Positions 21,004 through 31,824 of a DNA stretch of 64,000 bases are shown one piece after another (within the stretch, counting starts at the first letter, position 1; every line of letters begins with the position of its first letter). Origin of the DNA: a plasmid. The stretch is taken from the sequence record NZ_CP044080.1; one strand, given 5' to 3'. Below the pieces are notes generated by a model, which worked only from the letters and a program-made list of their open reading frames with translations, was not told the origin of the DNA and did not search any database. The position numbers were made by a program, and so were the translations under genes.

Positions 21004-22970
21004 CGGGGCGGGCGCTTGTGCTGGCCGGGGCGGCGGGCCTGGCCCTGGGCCTGTGGTGGCTGGCCGCGATCCGGCTGCTGCCCGCGGGCTGGCCCTCCTG
21101 GCCCTTCGATCCCGCTGCCATGGACCTGCGCCAGATCCTGCTGGCCTTCGGCCTGATGCCGCGCGGCGTCATCGCGCTGGTCGCGGGCGCGGCGCTGGGA
21201 CTGTCGGGCGCGCTGCTGCAGGCGGTGCTGCGCAACCCGGTGGCCGACCCGACGACGCTGGGCATCTCGACCGGCGCGCAGCTGGCGCTGGTCATGACGA
21301 CGATCCTGGCCCCCGGGCTGCTGGAGCACGGCCGCTGGCCCGTGGCCCTGGCGGGCGCCGGGGCGGCGGCCGCGCTGGTCATGGCCATCGGCGCGCGGCG
21401 GGCCTTTGCGCCGGTGACGATGGTGATCGCGGGGATGCTGGTCGGCATGACCGCATCGGCCATCGCCACGGCGGTCACGCTGGCACGGGGCGAATACCTG
21501 CTGTCGCTGGTGATCTGGAACGGCGGCTCTCTGGTCCAGCAGGACTGGAGCGGGGTGCGCATTCTGGTGCTGGTGCTGGCGCTGGGGGCCCTGGCCTCGG
21601 CCCTGCTGGCGCGGCCCTTGCGGGTGCTGTCGCTGGGGGCTGCGGGGGCGGCGGGTCTGGGCATGAACGTGGCGCTGGTGCGCGCGGCGGGGGTCGCGGT
21701 GGCAGTCGGGCTGGCCGCCGCCGTCTCGGCCGAACTGGGGCTGATCGGCTTTGTCGGGCTGGCCGCGCCGGCGCTGGCCCGGACCTTGGGCGCGCGGACC
21801 ATGGCGCAGGTGCTGGCCCTGGCGCCGCTGATCGGCGCGCTGATCCTGTCGATCTGCGACGGGGTGGTGCTGGCCCTGGCCGGCGCCGGCGGCGAGATGT
21901 TTCCGACCGGCGCGCTGACCGGGCTGATCGGCGGGCCGCTGCTGCTGTGGCTGCTGCCGCGCCTGCGCGGATCGACCCCGCCCGGGACCGAGGCCGCCGA
22001 GGGGCCCGCGCCGCGCCTGTCGCGGCCCGCCCCGGTGCTGGCGGGGCTGGCGCTGGCGGTGGTGGCGCTGGCGCTGGTGCTGGTCTGGGTCGGGCGGCTG
22101 CCGGGGGGCTGGGCGGTGCTCGACTGGGACAGTTTCCGTGCCTTTCTGCCGCTGCGGCTGCCGCGCTTGGTCGCGGCGGGGGCGGCGGGGGCGGCCCTGG
22201 CCCTGGCCGGGGCGGTGCTGCAACGGCTGACGGCGAACCCCTTGGCCTCGCCCGAGGTGCTGGGCGTGTCGGGCGGCGCCTCGATCGGCTATGCGGCGGT
22301 GCTGTTTCTGGTGGCGGCCCCGGGGCAGGGGGTGCTGGCGCTTGGCACCATGCTGGGCGCGGCGCTGGCACTGGCGCTGGTCGCCGCCTATGCGCGGCGG
22401 CGCGAGATGCCGGCCGAGCGCGTGCTGCTGGCCGGGATCGCCGTCAGCAGCATGGCGGCGGCGGTCCTGTCGGCGATCATGGCGACGGGCAGCGCGCAGG
22501 CCTGGCAGGTGCTGGCCTGGCTGAGCGGGTCGTCGAGCAAGGTCGGACCGCTTGCGGCGGCGGCCTTGGCGGGGCTTGCGGCCATGGTCGGGGCCTTGGG
22601 CTGGCTGACGCGGCGCTGGCTGGCGCTGCTGCCCCTGGGCCCCGAGGTCGCGGGCGGGCTGGGCCTGCCGCTGGCGGCTGCGCGGGTCGGGCTGATCGCG
22701 CTGGCGGGGATCGCCACGGGGGCTGCGACCGTGCTGGTCGGGCCGCTCAGCTTCGTCGGGCTGATGGCGCCGCATCTGGCGCGGCGCATCGGGCTTGCGC
22801 GCGCGCAGGACCATCTGACGGGCGCGGCGCTGATCGGCTGCCTGCTGATGATCGCCGCCGATTTCGGCGCGCGCATGGCGGGCTTTCCCTATGAACTGCC
22901 GCTGGGGCTGTTCGCCTCGCTTCTGGGCGCGCCCTGGCTGCTTTGGCTGATGATGAGGACAAGGCGATGA
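21000..22970 (+). CDS. fhuB: Fused two-domain FecCD-type siderophore permease (FhuB-like)
   Basis: About 656 aa with two tandem permease domains; ATGA overlap with the upstream gene. Confidence 0.8.
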   Translation: MTGRALVLAGAAGLALGLWWLAAIRLLPAGWPSWPFDPAAMDLRQILLAFGLMPRGVIALVAGAALGLSGALLQAVLRNPVADPTTLGISTGAQLALVMTTILAPGLLEHGRWPVALAGAGAAAALVMAIGARRAFAPVTMVIAGMLVGMTASAIATAVTLARGEYLLSLVIWNGGSLVQQDWSGVRILVLVLALGALASALLARPLRVLSLGAAGAAGLGMNVALVRAAGVAVAVGLAAAVSAELGLIGFVGLAAPALARTLGARTMAQVLALAPLIGALILSICDGVVLALAGAGGEMFPTGALTGLIGGPLLLWLLPRLRGSTPPGTEAAEGPAPRLSRPAPVLAGLALAVVALALVLVWVGRLPGGWAVLDWDSFRAFLPLRLPRLVAAGAAGAALALAGAVLQRLTANPLASPEVLGVSGGASIGYAAVLFLVAAPGQGVLALGTMLGAALALALVAAYARRREMPAERVLLAGIAVSSMAAAVLSAIMATGSAQAWQVLAWLSGSSSKVGPLAAAALAGLAAMVGALGWLTRRWLALLPLGPEVAGGLGLPLAAARVGLIALAGIATGAATVLVGPLSFVGLMAPHLARRIGLARAQDHLTGAALIGCLLMIAADFGARMAGFPYELPLGLFASLLGAPWLLWLMMRTRR

Positions 22971-23743
22971 CCGAGCCGCTGTTTTCCCTGTCGGGCCTGT
23001 GCGTGGACGTGCCGGGTCGCCGGCTGATCCACGACCTGGACCTGGACCTGCCCCGGGGGCAGGTGATCGCGCTGATCGGGCACAACGGGTCGGGCAAGTC
23101 GACGCTGCTGAAGGTGCTGGCGCGGCAGGTCGCCCCGTCGGCCGGGCGGGTCGCGTTCGAGGGGCGCGCCATCGCCGCGCGCTCGGCGCGGGACCATGCG
23201 CGCGCGCTGGCCTTCCTGCCCCAGACCACGCCCCCGGCCGAGGGCATGACGGTGCGCGAGCTGGTCGCGCTGGGGCGCTATCCCTGGCACGGCGCGCTTG
23301 GCCGCTTTGGCCCGCGCGACCATGCCGCCGTCGATGCCGCGCTGGCCGAATGCGGCGTCGAGGGGTTCGCGGACCGGCTGGTCGATACCCTGTCGGGGGG
23401 CGAGCGCCAGCGCGCCTGGCTGGCGATGATGGTCGCGCAGGAGGCCGGGACGCTGCTTCTGGACGAGCCGATCAGCGCGCTCGACATCGCCCATGCCGTC
23501 GAGGTGCTTTCGCTTGTCCGCCGCATGTGCCATGAGCAGGCGCGCAGCGCCATCGTCGTGCTGCACGAGGTCAACATGGCGGCGCGGTTCTGCGACCATG
23601 TCGTCGCCATGAAGGCGGGCCGGCTGGCCATGCAGGGCACGCCCGCCGACCTGATGCGCCCCGAGGTTCTGGGGCAGATCTATGGCCTGCCGATGCAGGT
23701 CCTGCGGCGCGAGGATGGCGGCATGGTGGCCGTCCCCGCCTGA
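22967..23743 (+). CDS. fhuC: Iron-siderophore ABC ATPase (FhuC-like)
   Basis: Walker A GHNGSGKST; alternative TTG start at 22943. Confidence 0.8.
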   Translation: MTEPLFSLSGLCVDVPGRRLIHDLDLDLPRGQVIALIGHNGSGKSTLLKVLARQVAPSAGRVAFEGRAIAARSARDHARALAFLPQTTPPAEGMTVRELVALGRYPWHGALGRFGPRDHAAVDAALAECGVEGFADRLVDTLSGGERQRAWLAMMVAQEAGTLLLDEPISALDIAHAVEVLSLVRRMCHEQARSAIVVLHEVNMAARFCDHVVAMKAGRLAMQGTPADLMRPEVLGQIYGLPMQVLRREDGGMVAVPA

Positions 23744-23758
23744 CGAAGGGGGACGACC

Positions 23759-25459
23759 ATGCTGCGCGACTTCTTTGCCTATTACCGGCCCTGGATGGGG
23801 CTGTTCTGGCTGGACTTCGGCTGCGCCGTCCTGTCGGGCCTGCTGGAGCTGGCCTTCCCGCTGGCGATCACCGCCTTCATCGACCACCTTCTGCCGCAGG
23901 GCAACTGGACGCTGACGGTCGCCGCCGCGGTGGGCCTGCTGGTGCTTTACCTGGTGAACTCGGGGCTGATGGCCATCGTGATCTACTGGGGCCACAAGCT
24001 GGGCATCAACATCGAGACCGAGATGCGCGCCCGCGCCTTCGACCACCTGACGCGGCTGTCCTGGCGCTGGTATGACCGCGCCCGTACTGGCAAGCTGGTC
24101 GCCCGCGTGACCCGAGACCTGGAAGAGATCGGCGAGGTCGCCCATCACGGCCCCGAGGATGCCGTCATCGCGCTGATGACCTTTATCGGGGCCTTCCTGC
24201 TGATGTTCCTGATCCATCCTCAGCTGGCCTATATCGTGGCGCTGATCGTGCCGGCCATGCTGGCGCTGATCGTCATCTATGGCGGAAGGATGACCCAGAC
24301 CTGGCGGGCGATCTATTCCCGCGTCGGCGATTTCAACGTCCGGCTTGAGGAAGCCCTGGGCGGCGTCCGCGTCGTCCAGGCGTTTGGCAACGAAAGCCAC
24401 GAGAGCGAACTTTTCGCTACCGACAACCAACGCTATCGCGCGACCAAGCTGGAGGCCTACAAGGTCATGGCGACGGTCTCGGCCTTACAATACATGGGGC
24501 TGCGGCTGGTGCAGGTAGTGGTCATGGTGGTGGGCGCCTGGTTTGTGCTGCAAGGCTCGCTGACCACGGGCGGCTTCGTGGGCTTTCTGGTGCTGGTCGG
24601 CGTCTTCTATCGCCCGCTGGAAAAGATCGCCGCCGTGATCGAGACCTATCCGCGCGGCATCGCCGGTTTCCGCCGCTATCAGGAGCTGCTGGCGACCGAC
24701 CCCGAGATCGCGGATGCGCCCGACGCCATCCCCGCGCCGGCGCTGCGCGGCGACATCCGCTTCGAGGGCGTGGGCTTTGCCTATGACAGCGGCCGTCCCA
24801 TCCTGTCGAACATCGACCTGGAGATCCGCGCCGGCGAGACGGTGGCCTTCGTCGGTCCCTCGGGCGCGGGCAAGACCACGCTGCTGGCGCTGCTGCCGCG
24901 CTTCTACGAACCGACCTCGGGGCGCATCACCGTGGACGGCATCGCGCTGGACCGGATGCAGCTGCACAGTCTGCGCCGCCAGATCGGGCTGGTCAGCCAG
25001 GACGTGTTCCTGTTCGGCGGCACGCTGCGCGAGAACATCGCCTATGGACGCCTGGGCGCCTCGGAGGAGGAGATCATGCAAGCGGCGCGGCAGGCCCAGC
25101 TGGGGCCGCTGATCGAAAGCCTGCCCGAGGGTCTGGAGACGCTGGTCGGCGAACGCGGCGTCATGCTGTCGGGCGGCCAGAAGCAGCGCGTCGCCATCGC
25201 CCGCGCCTTCCTGAAGAACCCGCCGATCCTGATCCTGGACGAGGCGACCAGCGCGCTGGACAGCCAGACCGAGCGCGAGATCCAGGCCGCGCTGGACGCC
25301 CTGGCCGTGGGGCGCACGACGCTGGTCATCGCCCACCGGCTGGGCACGATCCGGCATGCCGACCGCATCGTGGTGATGGCGGGCGGGCGCATCGTCGAGA
25401 CGGGCGAGCATGGCGCGCTGATCGCGCAGGGCGGGATCTATGCCCGGCTGTCGGGCTGA
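23759..25459 (+). CDS. ABC transporter with fused transmembrane and ATPase domains (exporter-type fold)
   Basis: Six-TM N-terminal domain, Walker A GPSGAGKT, LSGGQKQR signature. Confidence 0.8.
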   Translation: MLRDFFAYYRPWMGLFWLDFGCAVLSGLLELAFPLAITAFIDHLLPQGNWTLTVAAAVGLLVLYLVNSGLMAIVIYWGHKLGINIETEMRARAFDHLTRLSWRWYDRARTGKLVARVTRDLEEIGEVAHHGPEDAVIALMTFIGAFLLMFLIHPQLAYIVALIVPAMLALIVIYGGRMTQTWRAIYSRVGDFNVRLEEALGGVRVVQAFGNESHESELFATDNQRYRATKLEAYKVMATVSALQYMGLRLVQVVVMVVGAWFVLQGSLTTGGFVGFLVLVGVFYRPLEKIAAVIETYPRGIAGFRRYQELLATDPEIADAPDAIPAPALRGDIRFEGVGFAYDSGRPILSNIDLEIRAGETVAFVGPSGAGKTTLLALLPRFYEPTSGRITVDGIALDRMQLHSLRRQIGLVSQDVFLFGGTLRENIAYGRLGASEEEIMQAARQAQLGPLIESLPEGLETLVGERGVMLSGGQKQRVAIARAFLKNPPILILDEATSALDSQTEREIQAALDALAVGRTTLVIAHRLGTIRHADRIVVMAGGRIVETGEHGALIAQGGIYARLSG

Positions 25460-26427
25460 CCCCAATAGGCGGCTGCGGTGAACTGGCGTTTGTTCACCCC
25501 GAACACGGTCAGGAATTGGCGCGCGCGCCGCGCCTCGGTCGCCGGGCCGGCGAACCAGACGTGATCGTCGGGGCCGGGGTCGATGGTGGCAAGCTGGGCC
25601 AGCAGGTCCGGGCAGGCGGTGACGCGCGGATCGTCGGCCAGGGGGCCCAGGTCCTCGGGCGCGCAGCGCAGATGGGCGCGCACCTCGCCCCGGGCCAGGT
25701 CCAGCATCCGCGCGATGGCGGGCAGCGCGGTCTCGTCGCCGAACAGCCACAGCCGCGGCGCTTCGGGGCACCAGCCGCCGCCGGGGCCGATCACGCCCAC
25801 GGTGTCGCCGGGGCGCGCGGCCTCGGCCCAGTCGCAGGTCGGGCTGCCGTCGTGGCGAAAGATGTCGAAGTCCAGCCAGTCGTCCTGCTGGGCGGCCACG
25901 GTATAGACCGGGCGATGCAGCGCATCCGCGCCCTCGGGCCAGCGGGTGCGGCCGTTCGCGGCAACGCGGGGCCATTGCGGCGCGCGGCCCGCCGGCGCCA
26001 GCAGCAGGCGGAAATGCAGGCTGCCCTGGCCAAAGCGCGTGGCCTCGGGGCCGGTCAGCCGCACGCGGATGAAGCCGGGCGTGCGGCGGGCGACGCTGGC
26101 CACGCGCATCAGCGCAAGGCCGGGGGCCAGCGCGCCTTCGTCCACATGGTCCCAGGCGATCTGCATGCCGTGGCTTTCGAAAAGCTCGGTCGCGCTGTCC
26201 TGCAGGGTGCCGATCAGCCGCGCCTCGGGGGCGGAAAGCTCGATCCGCACGGCGCCGCCTTCGGGGATCAGGGCCAGCGTGCTGCCCCAGACGTGCAGGG
26301 TCAAGCTGTCGGGCGTCTCGATCAGCTCGACCTCCCATTCGGCGGCGCGGGCGCGCAGGACGGCTGCCGCCGCCCCCGAGGCTGTCGCAAGGGACCCGGT
26401 GCTGCGATGCGGGCGGATCGGAAACAT
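25438..26427 (-). CDS. Siderophore-interacting protein (SIP/ViuB-like FAD reductase)
   Basis: Domain order consistent with FAD_binding_9 followed by SIP; convergent with the exporter gene. Confidence 0.7.
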   Translation of the reverse strand: MFPIRPHRSTGSLATASGAAAAVLRARAAEWEVELIETPDSLTLHVWGSTLALIPEGGAVRIELSAPEARLIGTLQDSATELFESHGMQIAWDHVDEGALAPGLALMRVASVARRTPGFIRVRLTGPEATRFGQGSLHFRLLLAPAGRAPQWPRVAANGRTRWPEGADALHRPVYTVAAQQDDWLDFDIFRHDGSPTCDWAEAARPGDTVGVIGPGGGWCPEAPRLWLFGDETALPAIARMLDLARGEVRAHLRCAPEDLGPLADDPRVTACPDLLAQLATIDPGPDDHVWFAGPATEARRARQFLTVFGVNKRQFTAAAYWGQPDSRA

Positions 26428-26578
26428 GGCGCGCTCCTGTCGTTGTCGAGGCGACCCTACAACCAAGCGAAACCCTCAACAATTCAACTTTGCATTTGCG
26501 CGATTAGTTTTCGCTGCCATCTTGCCCCGGCGCATGGGGTTTGCGATAGGGTTTGCGGGTTTTCAGAGGCGTTGACCG

Positions 26579-27160
26579 ATGCAGATTGAGAAGACCGCTT
26601 TGCCAGGCGTGCTGATCCTTGTCCCGCCGCGGCACGGTGATTCGCGCGGTTTCTTCGCGGAAAGCTGGAACCGGCGGACGCTGCGCGAGGCCGGGCTGGA
26701 CCTGCCCGAATTCGTGCAGGACAACCACTCGCTGTCGGCGGCCGTGGGCACGCTGCGGGGCCTGCATTTCCAGGCGCCGCCCCATGCCCAGGGCAAGCTG
26801 GTGCGCTGCGGGCGCGGCCGGCTGCTGGATGTCGCCGTGGACGTGCGCCGGGGCAGCCCGTCCTATGGCCGCTGGGTGGCCGAGGAACTGTCCTTCGAGA
26901 ACGGCCGCCAGCTTTGGATCCCGGCCGGGTTCTTGCACGGCTTCGTCACGCGCGAGCCCGACACCGAGATCTGCTACAAATGCACCGACCATTACGCGCC
27001 GGACTGCGACGGCGGGGTCGCCTGGGACAGCGTCGGCATCGACTGGGGCCTGGACGGCGCGCCGGTGCTGAGCGCCAAGGACGCGGCCGCGCCCGCGCTG
27101 GCCGATTTCGACAGTCCCTTTTCCTATGACGGACCCTTCGACTACGAGGCCAAACTATGA
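26579..27160 (+). CDS. rfbC: dTDP-4-dehydrorhamnose 3,5-epimerase
   Basis: RmlC cupin motifs. Confidence 0.85.
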   Translation: MQIEKTALPGVLILVPPRHGDSRGFFAESWNRRTLREAGLDLPEFVQDNHSLSAAVGTLRGLHFQAPPHAQGKLVRCGRGRLLDVAVDVRRGSPSYGRWVAEELSFENGRQLWIPAGFLHGFVTREPDTEICYKCTDHYAPDCDGGVAWDSVGIDWGLDGAPVLSAKDAAAPALADFDSPFSYDGPFDYEAKL

Positions 27161-28194
27161 AGATCCTGGTAACCGGCGGGGCCGGGTTCATCGGCTCGGC
27201 CGTGGTGCGGCTGGCGGTGCGGCGCGGGCATCAGGTGGTGAACTTGGACGCGCTGACCTATGCCGCGAACCTGGAAAACGTGGCCTCGGTGTCGAACAGC
27301 CCGCTTTACGCCTTCGAACAGGCCGATCTGCGCGACCGCGCGGCGCTGGACCGGGTGCTGGCGGACCACAAGCCCGACGCCATCATGCACCTGGCGGCGG
27401 AAAGCCATGTCGACCGCTCGATCGACGGGCCGGGCGATTTCATCGAGACGAACATCACCGGCACCTACAACCTGCTCGAGGCGGCGCGGGCCTATTGGGT
27501 CGGGCAGGGCCGGCCCGAGGGGTTCCGCTTCCACCACATCTCGACCGACGAGGTGTTCGGGTCCCTGGGCGAGACCGGGCAGTTCACCGAGGATACGCCC
27601 TATGATCCGCGCAGCCCCTATTCGGCCAGCAAGGCCGCGTCCGACCATCTGGTCCGCGCCTGGCACGAGACCTATGGCCTGCCGGTGGTGCTGACGAACT
27701 GTTCCAACAATTACGGGCCGTTCCATTTCCCGGAAAAGCTGGTGCCGGTGGTGATCCTGAACGCGCTGCACGGCCGGCCGATCCCAGTCTATGGCGACGG
27801 CGGCAATGTCCGCGACTGGCTTTACGTCGAGGATCATGCCGACGCGCTGCTGCTGGTCCTGGACAAGGGCGAACTGGGCCGCAGCTACAACATCGGCGGC
27901 GAGAACGAGGCCAGGAACATCGACCTGGTGCGCACGATCTGCGCGCATATGGACCGGCTGCGGCCCGATGCCGCGCCGCACGACCGGCTGATCACCTTTG
28001 TCACCGACCGACCCGGCCACGACCGCCGCTATGCCATCGACCCGACCCGCATCCGCGAGGAACTGGGCTGGCGCCCTTCGGTCACGGTCGAGGAGGGGCT
28101 GGCGAAAACCGTCGAATGGTACCTTGAGAACGAGGACTGGTGGCGCCCGCTGCTGACCCGGCAGGGCGTGGGCCAGCGGCTGGGCACGGCATGA
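27157..28194 (+). CDS. rfbB: dTDP-glucose 4,6-dehydratase
   Basis: [14 protein letters not shown]. Confidence 0.9.
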   Translation: MKILVTGGAGFIGSAVVRLAVRRGHQVVNLDALTYAANLENVASVSNSPLYAFEQADLRDRAALDRVLADHKPDAIMHLAAESHVDRSIDGPGDFIETNITGTYNLLEAARAYWVGQGRPEGFRFHHISTDEVFGSLGETGQFTEDTPYDPRSPYSASKAASDHLVRAWHETYGLPVVLTNCSNNYGPFHFPEKLVPVVILNALHGRPIPVYGDGGNVRDWLYVEDHADALLLVLDKGELGRSYNIGGENEARNIDLVRTICAHMDRLRPDAAPHDRLITFVTDRPGHDRRYAIDPTRIREELGWRPSVTVEEGLAKTVEWYLENEDWWRPLLTRQGVGQRLGTA

Positions 28195-29042
28195 GCGGGC
28201 TTCTGGTCTTTGGCCGTTCGGGGCAGGTCGCGACGGAACTGGCGCGGCTGGCGCCCAAGGCGACCTTCCTGGACCGCGCCCGGGCCGACCTGTCCGACCC
28301 CGAAGCCTGCGCCGCCGCGATCCGCGACGCGCGGCCCGCGGGCATCATCAACGCCGCCGCCTATACCGCCGTCGACCGGGCCGAGTCGGAACCGGACCTG
28401 GCGCGCGCCGTCAATGCCGAGGCCCCGGCCGCCATGGCGCGGGCGGCGGCCGAACTGGGCGTGCCCTTTGTCCATGTCTCGACCGATTACGTCTTTGACG
28501 GCTCGGGCGACCGGCCCTGGCGGGAATCCGATCCGACCGGGCCCCTGGGCGTCTATGGCGCGACCAAGCTTGCCGGAGAACAGGGCATTGCCGCGGCGGG
28601 CGGGCAATGGGCGGTCATGCGCACATCCTGGGTGTTTTCGGCGCATGGGGCGAATTTCGTCAAGACCATGCTGCGGCTGGGGGCCGAGCGCGAGGTGCTG
28701 CGCGTGGTCGCCGACCAGCACGGCGGGCCGACGCCCGCCGCCGACATCGCGCGCGACTGCCTGACCATGCTGGGCGCGATGCAGGCGGACCGCGCCCGGG
28801 GCGGGGTCTATCACATGGCCGGCGCGCCCGACACGACCTGGGCGGATTTCGCCCGCGCCATCATGGAACAGGGCCGGCTGTCCTGCCGGATCGAGGATAT
28901 CGCCAGCAGCGACTATCCGACCCCGGCGCGGCGGCCCGGCAATTCGCGGCTGGATTGCAGCGCGATCGAACGCGATTTCGGCATCCTGCGCCCCGACTGG
29001 CGCGTGGGACTGGCACAAGTCATTACGGAGCTTCAGGCATGA
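28191..29042 (+). CDS. rfbD: dTDP-4-dehydrorhamnose reductase
   Basis: RmlD-like; ATGA overlap with the upstream gene. Confidence 0.85.
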   Translation: MSGLLVFGRSGQVATELARLAPKATFLDRARADLSDPEACAAAIRDARPAGIINAAAYTAVDRAESEPDLARAVNAEAPAAMARAAAELGVPFVHVSTDYVFDGSGDRPWRESDPTGPLGVYGATKLAGEQGIAAAGGQWAVMRTSWVFSAHGANFVKTMLRLGAEREVLRVVADQHGGPTPAADIARDCLTMLGAMQADRARGGVYHMAGAPDTTWADFARAIMEQGRLSCRIEDIASSDYPTPARRPGNSRLDCSAIERDFGILRPDWRVGLAQVITELQA

Positions 29043-29929
29043 CCACGGGAACCGCACGCAAGGGGATCATTCTGGCCGGCGGCTCGGGCACGCGGCTTTA
29101 TCCCATCACCATGGGCGTGTCGAAGCAGCTTCTGCCGGTCTATGACAAGCCGATGATCTATTACCCGATCTCGGTCCTGATGCTGGCCGGCATCCGCGAG
29201 ATCGCGGTCATCACCACGCCCGAGGACCAGGGCCAGTTCCAGCGCCTGATGGGCGACGGCAGCCAATGGGGCCTGCGGTTCGAATACATCGTCCAGCCCT
29301 CGCCCGACGGGCTGGCGCAGGCCTATATCCTGGCCGAGGATTTCCTGGCCGGTGCGGCATCGGCCATGGTCCTGGGCGACAACATCTTTTTCGGCCACGG
29401 CCTGCCCGAGTTGCTGAACGCGGCGGATGCGCGCGCCTCGGGCGGCACGGTCTTCGGCTATCGCGTGCATGACCCGGAACGCTATGGCGTGGTCGGGTTC
29501 GACGAGGCGGGCAACGTGCGCGAGATCATCGAGAAGCCGCCGGTGCCGCCGTCGGACTATGCGGTGACGGGGCTGTATTTCCTGGACGGCACGGCGCCGG
29601 CCCGCGCGCGGGCGGTCAAGCCCTCGGCCCGCGGCGAGATCGAGATCACCACGCTTCTCGAAAGCTATCTGCACGAAGGCAGCCTGACCGTCGAACGCAT
29701 GGGCCGGGGCTTTGCCTGGCTGGATACCGGCACCCACGGCAGCCTGCTGGACGCCGGCAACTTCGTGCGCACGCTGGAGCAGCGCCAGGGCCTGCAGACC
29801 GGCTGCCCCGAGGAGATCGCCTTCGCCCAGGGCTGGATCGACGCCGAGGCGCTGCGCGCCCAAGGCGCCCGCTTTGCCAAGAACGACTACGGCAAGTATC
29901 TGGCCCGGCTGGCCCGGGAAAGCGCCTGA
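29039..29929 (+). CDS. rfbA: Glucose-1-phosphate thymidylyltransferase
   Basis: [14 protein letters not shown]. Confidence 0.9.
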   Translation: MTTGTARKGIILAGGSGTRLYPITMGVSKQLLPVYDKPMIYYPISVLMLAGIREIAVITTPEDQGQFQRLMGDGSQWGLRFEYIVQPSPDGLAQAYILAEDFLAGAASAMVLGDNIFFGHGLPELLNAADARASGGTVFGYRVHDPERYGVVGFDEAGNVREIIEKPPVPPSDYAVTGLYFLDGTAPARARAVKPSARGEIEITTLLESYLHEGSLTVERMGRGFAWLDTGTHGSLLDAGNFVRTLEQRQGLQTGCPEEIAFAQGWIDAEALRAQGARFAKNDYGKYLARLARESA

Positions 29930-29930
29930 A

Positions 29931-30041
29931 AAGCCAGCGGCGGGCCCGTTCGGCTGGGAACCGCGCATCGGCCTGCGCGAGGGGATTGCGGAAATGGTGG
30001 CCCAGTTGCAAAGCAGTCGGGACGGAAATTTCACGAGCTGA
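29931..30041 (+). pseudogene. Orphan C-terminal remnant of an NAD-dependent epimerase/dehydratase (...GPFGWEPRIGLREGI...)
   Basis: The motif is typical of the last 30 aa of RfbB/GalE-like enzymes, but there is no upstream body. Confidence 0.4.
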
Positions 30042-30062
30042 TTCCCCGCTGATGCGCAAGGT

Positions 30063-30989
30063 TTGCCAGTGACCACGGTTCTGATCCTGATGGCGACGCA
30101 CAACGGCGGCAGCTTTCTGGCCGAGCAGCTGGACAGCATCGCGGCGCAAAGCCATGCGGACTGGCGGCTGATGGTGTCGGACGATGCGTCGTCGGACAAC
30201 ACGCCTGCGGTCTTGCAGGCGTTTCGCGACGCGCGCCCGGCGGGACAGGTCATGCTGGTGTCGGGTCCGGGACGGGGGGCGGCCGCCAATTTCCGCAGCC
30301 TGATCCGGCAGGCGCGGCTTTCGGGCGAATGCCTGGCCTTCTGCGACCAGGACGATGTCTGGCACCCCGAGCATCTGGCGCGCGGCCTTGAGGCGCTGGC
30401 GGGCATCGCCAATCCCCTGGCGCTTTACGGCAGCCGGGTGCAGGTTTGCGACGCCGGCCTCAACCCGGTCGGCCTGTCGCCGCTGCCGTCGCGGCCGCTG
30501 TGCTTTCGCAATGCGCTGGTCCAGAACGTGATCAGCGGGAACACCCAGATCATGAGCCCTGCCGCCGCCGCGCTGCTGCAGGCGGCCGAGCGGGACGGCG
30601 GGCCGATGATCGTCCATGACTGGTGGGCCTATCAGATCATCACCGGCGCGGGCGGGCAGGCGGTCATGGACCCCCGACCCGGCCTGCTTTATCGCCAGCA
30701 TGGAGCCAATGTGATCGGCGCTAACCGCGGCCTGCGCAGCCTGCACCGCCGCCTGGGCCGCTATCTGACGGGCACGCATGGACGCTGGGCGCGGCAGAAC
30801 TGCGCGGGGCTCGCGGCCTCGCAAGCCCGCTTCACGCCGGAAAACCGCGGGCGGCTGCAGGATTTCGCGGCCGCCCTGCGCCAGCCGCTGCCGATGCGGC
30901 TGGGGGGTATGCTGCGCTCGGGCGTGTATCACCAGCGCAACCGCGCGAGGGCGGGGTTCTGGCTGTCGGTCCTGCTGGGCACATACTGA
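30063..30989 (+). CDS. Family 2 glycosyltransferase (rhamnosyltransferase-like)
   Basis: GT2 N-terminal fold with DDASSD and DQDD motifs; TTG or GTG start. Confidence 0.7.
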   Translation: MPVTTVLILMATHNGGSFLAEQLDSIAAQSHADWRLMVSDDASSDNTPAVLQAFRDARPAGQVMLVSGPGRGAAANFRSLIRQARLSGECLAFCDQDDVWHPEHLARGLEALAGIANPLALYGSRVQVCDAGLNPVGLSPLPSRPLCFRNALVQNVISGNTQIMSPAAAALLQAAERDGGPMIVHDWWAYQIITGAGGQAVMDPRPGLLYRQHGANVIGANRGLRSLHRRLGRYLTGTHGRWARQNCAGLAASQARFTPENRGRLQDFAAALRQPLPMRLGGMLRSGVYHQRNRARAGFWLSVLLGTY

Positions 30990-30994
30990 TCCCA

Positions 30995-31468
30995 TCAGCG
31001 TCGGCGCGTGTCCACCGGATAGGCGGTGGTAAATCGGATCCGCTCCATCGAGAAATGCGAGGTCACGTTCTTGATGGGTACCGCGTCCGTCAGGCGCTTG
31101 TAGAACTGGTCGAATGCCTCCATGTCGGGCACGGCCACCAGCAGCAGGTAATCCATATGCCCGGCCATGCGGTGGCACTGCATGATTTCCGGCATGGCGT
31201 CCACGGCGGCGGTAAAGTCGCGGCGCCATTCGGCGGAGTGATTCGGCGCCTCGATTTCCACGAAGACGATGATGCCGAAGCCCAGCTGCGCCGGATCGGC
31301 CAAGGCGACGCGTCCGGTCAGGACCCCGTTGGCCTCGAGCTTCTGGATGCGCTTCCAGCACGGGGTCTGCGAAAGCCCCACCTTCTCGGCGATCTGGGCA
31401 ATCGGAAGGGTCGCGTCGCGCATCAGTTCCGCGACGATCTTGCGGTCGATCAGGTCAAGGTCGGACAT
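30995..31468 (-). CDS. Lrp/AsnC family transcriptional regulator
   Basis: HTH followed by a RAM domain. Confidence 0.8.
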   Translation of the reverse strand: MSDLDLIDRKIVAELMRDATLPIAQIAEKVGLSQTPCWKRIQKLEANGVLTGRVALADPAQLGFGIIVFVEIEAPNHSAEWRRDFTAAVDAMPEIMQCHRMAGHMDYLLLVAVPDMEAFDQFYKRLTDAVPIKNVTSHFSMERIRFTTAYPVDTRRR

Positions 31469-31584
31469 CTCGCTGCCTTGGCAAAGGAATGGTCTTTTCT
31501 TTTTGTCGCGCAAATAAACAGTATTGTCTAGCGTGTAACTCGTGTATTATCGTCCCATTCCACGGGACAGCCGACGGAGCCGAG

Positions 31585-31815
31585 ATGAGCCAGGAAAACA
31601 CCGCCTTGGAGCACGACGACGGGCCTATGTTCGCGGTCCGGCTGATCGACCGCCGCACCGGTGAGGTGCCGCGCGTGAACGGCAATCCGCTGAGCCTGCT
31701 GACCCGGTCGCCCCGGCGCGCGGTGGCGGAGCTGCTGCGCGGGCGCAGCGGCCCGCACTGGCAGACCCAGGTCGAGCCGCTGGAACAGGCCCCGCGTCCC
31801 CGGCGCCCGCGCTAG
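31585..31815 (+). CDS. Small hypothetical protein (76 aa), divergent from the lrp gene
   Basis: ORF only; weak. Confidence 0.2.
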   Translation: MSQENTALEHDDGPMFAVRLIDRRTGEVPRVNGNPLSLLTRSPRRAVAELLRGRSGPHWQTQVEPLEQAPRPRRPR

Positions 31816-31824
31816 GGGCCCCGC

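Noticed and set aside
20880-22814. 644-aa minus-strand ORF and 654-aa plus-strand ORF (20930-22894)
   Set aside because: Extreme Arg/Gly/Pro content. Both are alternative frames of the genuine FhuB-like permease gene.
24485-26482. 665-aa minus-strand ORF
   Set aside because: Antisense to the ABC exporter. Only the in-frame SIP gene, 25438-26427, is credible.
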